DNA from: an uncultured bacterium
GTDB taxonomy: Bacteria; Patescibacteriota; Minisyncoccia; Phycocordibacterales; UBA9973
Assembly (NCBI GenBank): GCA_903929735.1
Contig: CAIYVW010000022.1
Span: 1-59,398, forward strand
Length of the DNA stretch: 59,398 nucleotides
Reading direction: 5' to 3'
Of the stretch, positions 52,515 through 59,398 are shown piece by piece (the first letter of the stretch is position 1; each line of letters starts with the position of its first letter). Made by a program: the position numbers and the translations under genes. The notes under the pieces were generated by a model. It worked only from the letters and a program-made list of their open reading frames with translations, was not told the origin of the DNA and searched no databases.

Positions 52515-53487
52515 ATTTAAAAAGGCAGTTGTTCTTCTTACTATTTACTATAGTGTTCTTGTTTTTATAGTATTAGCTATTTTTAATCTTATGGTTTATG
52601 GTTTATTTACTAATAGTATAAGATCTAATGATAATGAAAATGCAGAAAGAACTTCCTTACAAAACCATGCAAGTCTTCTAGGAGAAAGTGGAATCCAAGA
52701 AATGAAAGATAATTTATTAAATATTCTTTTCACTTCAGATATTATGATTCTTTTCTTTACTTTAGTGATTGCATATATTTCTTCAAAAAAAACCCTAGCT
52801 CCATTAGAAGAAGCCTATAAAAAACAATCTATGTTTGTTGCTAATGCAGCACATGAATTTCGTACTCCCCTAGCTGTAATGAAAGCTGGATCTGAGGTGA
52901 TATTAAGGAATAAAAGAAATACAGATGAATATATAAAATTTATAAAAGAATCACTAGATGAAACAGAGAGACTCACAAGACTATCGAATGATTTACTTTT
53001 CTTGGCTCATAATAAAACCAGAGTAAATATAAAATCAAAAATAGATTTTTCTGCTTTATGTAAAAAACAAATTGAAATAATGAAAGTATATGCAAATACC
53101 AAAAATATCATAATAGAAAATGATATAGAAAATGATATAGAAATTTCAGGAACTAAGGATGATTTGGTTCGCATTATTATTAATCTAGTAAAAAATGCTA
53201 TAGATTACAATAAAAATGATGGCCAAATAATCATAAGTTTAAAGAAAAAAGTTGATACAATTATTCTTTGTATAGAGGATACAGGTATGGGTATAGACAA
53301 AAAACATTTACCTTACATATTTGAAAGATTTTATAAGGCTGATAATTCTCGGACTGAAAATTCATCTGGTTTTGGCTTAGGATTATCTATTGTAAAAGAA
53401 ATCATAGATCAACATATGGGTAAAATAGAAGTAGATAGTGATATAAATAAAGGAACTAAATTTACTATAATTCTACCTTATGAATAG
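52459..53487 (+). CDS. Sensor histidine kinase
   Basis: Two TM helices, H-box ANAAHEFRTPL, N-box LVKNAIDYN, G1 IEDTGMGI and G2 GFGLGLSIV. The 56-nt overlap with the regulator gene leaves the start uncertain. Confidence 0.88.
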   Translation: MKNILKQFEEWVIPLNRNKFKKAVVLLTIYYSVLVFIVLAIFNLMVYGLFTNSIRSNDNENAERTSLQNHASLLGESGIQEMKDNLLNILFTSDIMILFFTLVIAYISSKKTLAPLEEAYKKQSMFVANAAHEFRTPLAVMKAGSEVILRNKRNTDEYIKFIKESLDETERLTRLSNDLLFLAHNKTRVNIKSKIDFSALCKKQIEIMKVYANTKNIIIENDIENDIEISGTKDDLVRIIINLVKNAIDYNKNDGQIIISLKKKVDTIILCIEDTGMGIDKKHLPYIFERFYKADNSRTENSSGFGLGLSIVKEIIDQHMGKIEVDSDINKGTKFTIILPYE

Positions 53488-53563
53488 ATACTTAATCTCA
53501 TTCATCTAATTTTCACAAATATTGTATATAATAAGAATATTAATATTAAATAGTTTATAAATT

Positions 53564-53734
53564 ATGTCTCAATATATTTGTTTGGAATGTGGTTGGATTT
53601 ATGATGAAGCAAAAGGTGACCCAGCAAGAGGTATACCCCCAGGAACAAAATGGGAAACACTTCCTATGGATTTTAAGTGTGCTGAGTGTAATGTTAGAAA
53701 AAGTGACACTCATATGTGGCAAAAAATAAGTTAA
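53564..53734 (+). CDS. Rubredoxin (56 aa, below the ORF-track cutoff)
   Basis: My own translation: MSQYICLECGWIYDEAKGDPARGIPPGTKWETLPMDFKCAECNVRKSDTHMWQKIS. It has CxxCG and CxxC pairs and the rubredoxin core GWIYDE..GDP..GI.PGT.WE.LP.D..C. TAA stop at 53732..53734. Confidence 0.85.
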   Translation: MSQYICLECGWIYDEAKGDPARGIPPGTKWETLPMDFKCAECNVRKSDTHMWQKIS

Positions 53735-53738
53735 TAAA

Positions 53739-54164
53739 ATGATAAAAGACCTTAAAAATGTAATAATAACTTTTGGATTAATAGCTCTTGTTTTTGCACA
53801 AGGTTCTTTGGCATACAAAGAAAAGATTAAAAAAGAAAATACTATAGCTTCTGTTAAACAACAAGAAAATAAAGACACAGAACTTATAAAAGAAGAAAAA
53901 GACAACTTAGCAAAAATCCTTGAACAACAAAATGAATTAAAACAACAAGCTGAATCTAATACTTTAACTCAGAATAATGACCAGACTCAAGCCGATATTA
54001 AAAAACAGCAGGCCTTATTACTAGCTTCTGAAAAAGCTAAAGCAAAAATACTTGCTGAAGAAAAAGCTAAAGCTAAAGCATTACAAAAAGCTCAAGATTT
54101 AGCACAAGCTCAAGCACAAGTACAAACAGTAATCCCTAAAAGTAGACAATCAAGAGCAAGTTGA
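53739..54164 (+). CDS. Membrane-anchored coiled-coil protein with a K/A/Q-rich low-complexity tail
   Basis: N-terminal anchor VIITFGLIALVFAQGSLA, then charged heptad-like sequence with EKAKAKILAEEKAKAKAL repeats. Starts 4 nt after the rubredoxin stop. Confidence 0.55.
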   Translation: MIKDLKNVIITFGLIALVFAQGSLAYKEKIKKENTIASVKQQENKDTELIKEEKDNLAKILEQQNELKQQAESNTLTQNNDQTQADIKKQQALLLASEKAKAKILAEEKAKAKALQKAQDLAQAQAQVQTVIPKSRQSRAS

Positions 54165-54198
54165 TTGTAAATCAAAGCATTACAAATCATTTAGTTTA

Positions 54199-54207
54199 TG
54201 ATACAAT
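54199..54207 (+). promoter_or_regulatory. Extended -10 element, giving a leaderless transcript for the CDF transporter gene
   Basis: TGATACAAT (TGnTAnnAT) ends 7 nt before the ATG at 54215. No Shine-Dalgarno sequence. Confidence 0.45.
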
Positions 54208-54214
54208 CTAGCCT

Positions 54215-55219
54215 ATGTCTCACAAAACAGAAGGCAGTAAATCAGTTGTAACAGCACTTTTTGGAAATATTTTTGTTACTATTATTAAAACCATAGTATC
54301 TATTTATTCTGGGTCATCTAGCATGTTTGCGGAAAGTGTCCATAGTTTTGCTGATACATTAAATCAGTCTCTACTTCTTATTGGAATAAAAAGATCAAAA
54401 AGACCAGCAGATGAATCAAGAGGATATGGATATGGAATTGAAAGATTTTTCTGGTCTCTTATATCTGCTTGTGGAATTCTTTTTATAGGAGCTGGTATCT
54501 CTGTCTATCATTCAATAGACTCCCTTCTTAGCCATAATAATAAAATAAGTGATATAAATTATTATACAGTAGTAGTTCTTCTAGTTGCTCTTATTATAGA
54601 GGGAGCAACTTTTTTAGTTGCTTTAAAAGAACTTAAAAATAAAAGGAAGTTATCTCATAAAATCTTTATAGATGCTGATCCTATAATACTAGCAGTTATA
54701 TATGAAGATGGTGCTGCTGTCATAGGTATACTTGTTGCCTTAACTGCACAAGTTCTAATGCATTTCACAGGAAATAATATTTATGATTCCATGGGGGGTA
54801 TAATTGTCGGATTAATATTAGGGTTCCTTGCTATTATACTTATAGTAAAAAATTATCAATATATTATAGGCAAATCTCTTAATGAAGAAACCACAGAAGA
54901 AATAACTGAATTACTATTAGAAGATCCTTGCGTCGAAAATATATCAGAATTTAAGTCTGTAGCAATTGATATAAATAAATACAGAATTTACACAACAGTT
55001 GAATGGAATGGAACTCCCCTTTATGAAGAGATATATGAAGCCGGAGATTTAAAAGAAGAATTTGATAATATTAAAGATGATTTTAAAGAATTTACAAAGT
55101 TAATGTTTAAAACTACAGATAGAATTCCTCGTTTAGTTGGAAATAGAATAGATGAAATAGAGAAAAAAATAAAAGATAGATTTCCTCAGATTGTATATGT
55201 AGACATAGAAATTAATTAA
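54215..55219 (+). CDS. Cation diffusion facilitator (CDF) family metal transporter
   Basis: TM1-2 pattern ALFGNIFVTIIKTIVSIYSGSSSMFAESVHSFADTLNQ, six TMs and a C-terminal cytoplasmic domain. Confidence 0.8.
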   Translation: MSHKTEGSKSVVTALFGNIFVTIIKTIVSIYSGSSSMFAESVHSFADTLNQSLLLIGIKRSKRPADESRGYGYGIERFFWSLISACGILFIGAGISVYHSIDSLLSHNNKISDINYYTVVVLLVALIIEGATFLVALKELKNKRKLSHKIFIDADPIILAVIYEDGAAVIGILVALTAQVLMHFTGNNIYDSMGGIIVGLILGFLAIILIVKNYQYIIGKSLNEETTEEITELLLEDPCVENISEFKSVAIDINKYRIYTTVEWNGTPLYEEIYEAGDLKEEFDNIKDDFKEFTKLMFKTTDRIPRLVGNRIDEIEKKIKDRFPQIVYVDIEIN

Positions 55220-55220
55220 T

Positions 55221-55255
55221 AAAAAGCGAAATTATTACATATAATTTCGCTTTTT
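55221..55255. terminator. Bidirectional terminator (perfect 15-bp stem)
   Basis: AAAAAGCGAAATTAT / ATAATTTCGCTTTTT with loop TACAT, between convergent genes. Confidence 0.75.
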
Positions 55256-55619
55256 AATTACTTAGAATCCTTTGGGTTATTTCTTTATTATCATCAAGAT
55301 ATTTCACATTCAATGCTTTAACATGAATTGATTTATCATCAATAAAAATAAAATGACAAAATAAACGCAAAGTAATCAGATTAAGCCCATCATCCTTTTT
55401 GATGAGTAATTCACAATTATAAGATTCGGCAAAATTACTCTTATGTATTTTAATATTAAATCTATCAACAGATATTTTAATTAGCCCCTTCTGGTACTTA
55501 TAATTATTCACAATAGAAACATGTGATTCTTTACTAAGTCCCCTAGAACTAAAAAAACATTTAATATTTTGCCCAACTCCATTTTGATGAATAATTTCAA
55601 AGACTTCTTCTTTCCTCAT
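55254..55619 (-). CDS. Hypothetical protein
   Basis: 121-aa ORF with no recognised motif. Bounded by a terminator downstream. Confidence 0.4.
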   Translation of the reverse strand: MRKEEVFEIIHQNGVGQNIKCFFSSRGLSKESHVSIVNNYKYQKGLIKISVDRFNIKIHKSNFAESYNCELLIKKDDGLNLITLRLFCHFIFIDDKSIHVKALNVKYLDDNKEITQRILSN

Positions 55620-55674
55620 ACCAAAGTATATTAGTTTAGTCTAATTATACTCATTTTATCAATATAAGTAACTA

Positions 55675-56844
55675 TTATACAGACTTTGATTTCGTCTTAA
55701 CAAAAGTAAGAATAAGTATTCCTATAATCACAAATATCGTACTTATAGCAAAAGCTGTTACTAATCCATAATATTGCCATATAAATCCACCTACCCCTCC
55801 AGCTATAAGTGCTCCGAAACCAGAAACAGCATTCATTAAACCATAAGCTCCTCCTCGATTTTCTTCTTCTGTTAGAAAAGCTGCATAAGATCTTTGAACT
55901 CCATCTGTCAAAGCGGGGAAAAGTCCAAGCATAAGAAAACCTAATATAAGAAAAGAGAGAGAACTATCTAAAGCCAGAACAATATAACTTAATATTAAAA
56001 TTAAATATCCTATTATTATTACTTTTTTCTGTCCGATACGGTCACTTAACTTTCCTCCACTTATCGAAAATAATGCATAGGAAATATTATAGAGCATGTA
56101 AAAAAGAGGAATTGAGGCAAGAGTCATACCTATGCTTTGAGTTTTAAGTAAAATAACTGCTAAAGGTAAACTTCCAATAGAAAGAATAAATAATGAAATT
56201 AAATAAATTTTAAATTCCCTAGGATATAAACTCAGAGATGCAAAGGTCAACTTTTTACCCTTAAAATTACCAGTAACATCCTTAATTAAGAAAGTAGCTC
56301 CTATAGCAAACACACCTGCTATAAATGCAGTTATGAATACTTTATTAAAACCAAGTGGGTATTGTCTTAATATAAGATAAGCCACAAGAGGACCTAAAAC
56401 TGCTCCTATAGTATCCATGGCTCGATGATAGCCAAATGACTTACCTAAGTCTTCTTTAGATGAAGAAAGAGAGATAATAGCATCTCTTGGACCCTCACGT
56501 AGCCCCTTACCCACTCTATCGGTCAAACGAAGTCCAATAACTCCTCCTACAGATGAAACAAGTAAATAAACAGGACGAATTATGACTGAAAGCATGTAAC
56601 CAAAAACAATAAATGGTTTACGTTTCTGGATTTTATCTGAAAGACCACCAGCAAATATTTTAATAAAATTAGAACCAGCTTCAGCTATTCCTTCTACTAT
56701 TCCTAAAGAAGCTGCTCCTGTTTTTAAAATTGAAGTAAAAAAAGCAGGAAAAATAGACAATATCATTTCCGAAGAAAGATCATTAAAAAAACTAATAAGC
56801 CCAAGTAAAAATATATTCTTTTCTAAACCAAAAAATTTTTTCAT
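55675..56844 (-). CDS. MFS transporter
   Basis: 389 aa with about 12 TMs. MFS loop motif GLSDKIQKRKP and a second-half equivalent GKLSDRIGQKK. Confidence 0.75.
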   Translation of the reverse strand: MKKFFGLEKNIFLLGLISFFNDLSSEMILSIFPAFFTSILKTGAASLGIVEGIAEAGSNFIKIFAGGLSDKIQKRKPFIVFGYMLSVIIRPVYLLVSSVGGVIGLRLTDRVGKGLREGPRDAIISLSSSKEDLGKSFGYHRAMDTIGAVLGPLVAYLILRQYPLGFNKVFITAFIAGVFAIGATFLIKDVTGNFKGKKLTFASLSLYPREFKIYLISLFILSIGSLPLAVILLKTQSIGMTLASIPLFYMLYNISYALFSISGGKLSDRIGQKKVIIIGYLILILSYIVLALDSSLSFLILGFLMLGLFPALTDGVQRSYAAFLTEEENRGGAYGLMNAVSGFGALIAGGVGGFIWQYYGLVTAFAISTIFVIIGILILTFVKTKSKSV

Positions 56845-56872
56845 TTGCTGATTATAACAGATAATATATTAT

Positions 56873-57418
56873 CTATAAAGAACATTTTTCCTCCATATAT
56901 AATATTTGTTTAAGATTATCTTTTCTTTCAGGAATTAAAATTTTATCTTTCTCTATTAAAGGCCAGCGCATCTTTACTATAGAATTATTATCTAATTTAT
57001 AAACTTCTAGTTCTTTATTATTTGATCCTTCAACACTATAAGAATAGACTAACTCAAGTAAGCCATCTTTAAATCCGCCATCTAAATTACCAATATAACC
57101 ATTTGTCATATCTGGGCCTTTCTGATTTCCAGTTTTTATTCCATCTACTTTATCACCTTTTCTGTTTAAAACCATGTTTTCTTCTACTTCATATGGCTCA
57201 GCTTTGGTAGCTATTTGCTTTCTGTAAAAACAATATTTACCATCTTTTGATAAAACATTATTATTTTCTATTTTATTAACAGAAGTAATAGACTCATCTA
57301 TATGAGCAATTTCTTTTTTCATTTGTCCTAAAATAAAACCTATGTAAAAAGTTAATACAAATAAAATGATAGCTACTACTTTTGAATACCAAGTTACTTT
57401 ATTCCAGATAATTTTCAT
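56873..57418 (-). CDS. Hypothetical membrane-anchored protein
   Basis: N-terminal TM (VVAIILFVLTFYIGFILG) followed by a soluble domain of about 140 aa. No family recognised. Confidence 0.45.
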   Translation of the reverse strand: MKIIWNKVTWYSKVVAIILFVLTFYIGFILGQMKKEIAHIDESITSVNKIENNNVLSKDGKYCFYRKQIATKAEPYEVEENMVLNRKGDKVDGIKTGNQKGPDMTNGYIGNLDGGFKDGLLELVYSYSVEGSNNKELEVYKLDNNSIVKMRWPLIEKDKILIPERKDNLKQILYMEEKCSL

Positions 57419-57439
57419 AATTATTTGATTATAACAGAA

Positions 57440-58222
57440 TTATCTTCTAAATATAAATTTAATTGTCTCCCATACAGTCAGAAAACCATAGTTAATACTT
57501 CTTGCTAGATTAATAGAAGAAGCTTCCTTAAAGTATCTAACAGGTACCGGTATATCCCCTATCCTATAACCCTTTTTAATAATCTCAAATAGAACCTGAG
57601 TATCAAAAACAAAATCATCAGAAAATTTATTATAATTTATAGATTCTAAAACTTCTTTTCTATAAGCTCTCATTCCCGTATGCCATTCTGATAAAGCCAT
57701 TCCAGTTGCTAAATTTTCAATAAACGAAAGAAATCTATTAGCATAATATTTATAATGAGGCATACCTCCTAAAATAGCTTCTTTACGACTTCTAATTCTT
57801 GATCCTAGCATTACATCAAAATATCCATCATCTATAAATTCAACAAAATATTTTATAAGCTTTGGGTCATATTGATAATCAGGATGAAGCATTATAACAA
57901 TACTAGCTCCGTGAGATAAAGCTATGTCGTAACAACTCTTTTGATTACCACCATAACCCTTATTCTTATCATGCTCAAAAATAGTAAAAAGAATTTTACT
58001 CTTATCATTATAATATTCATCTATAGAGGTAGTAAGTCTGGGGTGAGACTCCCCTATTTTTTGAGCGGTTACAACAGTCCTATCTTTTGACTCATCATCC
58101 ACAAGAATAAGCTCATCTATATAATCAAAAGGGATATCTGATATGGTTTTAGCTAGTGTTGCCTCTGCATTATAAGCAGGCATTATAACAATTTTTTTAG
58201 TATTTTCCATAATTATAAACAA
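57440..58222 (-). CDS. Family 2 glycosyltransferase (Dpm1/polyprenol-phosphate glycosyltransferase-like)
   Basis: IVIMPAYNAEATLAKTI, LILVDDESKDRT and the HPDYQYDP region typical of GT2 enzymes. Confidence 0.8.
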   Translation of the reverse strand: MFIIMENTKKIVIMPAYNAEATLAKTISDIPFDYIDELILVDDESKDRTVVTAQKIGESHPRLTTSIDEYYNDKSKILFTIFEHDKNKGYGGNQKSCYDIALSHGASIVIMLHPDYQYDPKLIKYFVEFIDDGYFDVMLGSRIRSRKEAILGGMPHYKYYANRFLSFIENLATGMALSEWHTGMRAYRKEVLESINYNKFSDDFVFDTQVLFEIIKKGYRIGDIPVPVRYFKEASSINLARSINYGFLTVWETIKFIFRR

Positions 58223-59334
58223 TAAGGATTACAAACCCATATGTTATTACCAACTAGATCTATGTTATATACAAATAATAAAATAATAATTAAAATCTTA
58301 AATAAAACTATATATTTACTATCAAATTTATCTAGTAAGCTAAAAAATAATAAAGGGAAAAATACTTCCCATATAAAAATAATAGGAAGAAAATATCTTT
58401 CCGCTTGATAACGAGAAGATAAAAAAATAAAATAGAGACAAAAAGTCATTATAATAAGAGTCCATAAAAATAAGATAGGAATTGGTGATAAATTATTTTC
58501 TTTTTTGGGTATTAGAAAAAATGCAGAAATTATTATACTTATAAAAACAAATGATGACACGGTAATAAGATTAAATAAATTAATATGCGTCTGATTAAAT
58601 TCAGCGTAATGATAAACTAATTTAAATATTAAATCTTTTATATGCTGAATAGGCATGAACCACATAAATGGATCAAAAATAGAAAAAGCAGCAAATGACC
58701 CTAAACAAATTAATCCAATCTTTTTCCAATTCAATTTTCTAGATAGTAGAAATATAAATACAAAAAAAGAAAAAACTCCAATGTCAGCCCTAGTTGCAAT
58801 AGACAGACCTGCAGTTACTACCCATAAAACAATAGGGATATTCTGTGACTCTGCTTTTTCTTCATAAATATAAAGAGTGAGTAGACACAGAAAAGTAACC
58901 AAAATACTAGAAATAACAGAAGGAGGAGTACCATACACATATTTCCAATTAAAAACCAAAAAAGGAAATACAGATATAAACCAAAGTTTATTTTTATTAA
59001 GAAGAATACATAGTAAGCATATCCCCGCTATAAAAATACTACAGAGAAAAGCGACAAAAAGTAAAACTGACTTTTCATAATTTATATCAAATAATTTATG
59101 AATAATCACTGAACCTTCTATAATTGTACCACCTGGGTGCCCATATGCTTGTAAATAATCAAATTCTCTATGATCTCCATTCAGAACGTACTGAGCTTGA
59201 GACCCCCACATAGAACTATCAGTCATAATATATATCTTCCATCTTAATCCTAAGAATAAAAAAGATAAGATAAAAATAACAAAAAATATAATCTTCAAAT
59301 TACGTGGGCTATTTAATACGCCATTATTTATCAT
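58213..59334 (-). CDS. Polytopic membrane protein, possibly a GT-C-type glycosyltransferase
   Basis: 373 aa with at least 9 hydrophobic helices. Its 10-nt overlap with the downstream GT2 gene suggests a polyprenol-phosphate-sugar donor/acceptor pair. Functional call is by context only. Confidence 0.4.
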   Translation of the reverse strand: MINNGVLNSPRNLKIIFFVIFILSFLFLGLRWKIYIMTDSSMWGSQAQYVLNGDHREFDYLQAYGHPGGTIIEGSVIIHKLFDINYEKSVLLFVAFLCSIFIAGICLLCILLNKNKLWFISVFPFLVFNWKYVYGTPPSVISSILVTFLCLLTLYIYEEKAESQNIPIVLWVVTAGLSIATRADIGVFSFFVFIFLLSRKLNWKKIGLICLGSFAAFSIFDPFMWFMPIQHIKDLIFKLVYHYAEFNQTHINLFNLITVSSFVFISIIISAFFLIPKKENNLSPIPILFLWTLIIMTFCLYFIFLSSRYQAERYFLPIIFIWEVFFPLLFFSLLDKFDSKYIVLFKILIIILLFVYNIDLVGNNIWVCNPYCL

Positions 59335-59398
59335 ACAAAATATTATAACATATATAGTATCATTAAAAATTTAATAAAACTATATATGTTATAATATT

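Noticed and set aside
53101-53150. Tandem direct repeat GAAAATGATATA x2, and the K/A-rich repeats at 54030..54110, as candidate CRISPR or satellite repeats
   Set aside because: Both lie inside coding sequence, encoding ENDIENDIE and EKAKAK-type low complexity. There are only two copies or degenerate copies, with no spacer architecture.
53555-53905. 116-aa minus-strand ORF
   Set aside because: It is antisense to a clean rubredoxin ORF (53564..53734) and to the start of the following plus-strand gene. It has no recognisable features, so I prefer the plus-strand genes.
1-59398. Mobile elements, prophage, a defence island or CRISPR-Cas in the window
   Set aside because: I recognised no integrase, transposase, recombinase, reverse transcriptase, Cas, restriction-modification or toxin-antitoxin signature in any frame. 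No tRNA gene or direct-repeat boundaries were seen either. The window reads as core chromosome.

Overview
This is a very AT-rich, densely packed bacterial chromosomal window with about 70 protein-coding genes, mostly on the minus strand. I found no rRNA or tRNA genes, CRISPR arrays, transposases or integrases. Content is mainly housekeeping:
- RNase J, the rpsF-ssb-rpsR operon, and four aminoacyl-tRNA synthetases (metG, glyQS, ileS, argS).
- A compact thymidylate/dNTP-sanitation cluster: dut, tmk, NUDIX, DNPH1-like, glyA, thyA, folA, MazG-like and dCMP deaminase.
- Two ECF sigma modules, one next to a MacAB/YknXYZ-type efflux pump.
- The oxidative pentose-phosphate genes zwf-gnd-pgl.
- Envelope glycosyltransferase and lipid genes.
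- A redox module (ApbE, ferric-reductase-like membrane protein, FNR-like reductase), an OmpR/histidine-kinase pair, and a rubredoxin ORF too short for the ORF track.

The standard genetic code fits: TGA, TAG and TAA all end conserved proteins. Gene content and style (almost no Shine-Dalgarno sequences, few biosynthetic genes) are compatible with a reduced-genome lineage such as Patescibacteria/CPR. That cannot be established without a 16S or database search.

Most notable observations:
1. ileS carries an in-frame insertion of about 230 aa. It has every catalytic hallmark of a histidine phosphatase (PGAM-like) domain and sits between the two Cys pairs of the synthetase zinc knuckle. The gene lies behind a T-box leader.
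2. A secreted multidomain gene is broken by an in-frame TAG and also by a 1-nt frameshift.
3. Three membrane-anchored proteins share one C-terminal beta-rich domain and sit around the ECF/efflux modules.
4. A palindrome of about 100 nt with a GC-rich core lies in an intergenic region.
5. A sphingomyelin-synthase-like (PAP2_C) protein sits in a glycosyltransferase cluster.

I did not find a clear-cut novel defence or mobile system. The IleRS-phosphatase fusion is my best candidate for something undescribed.
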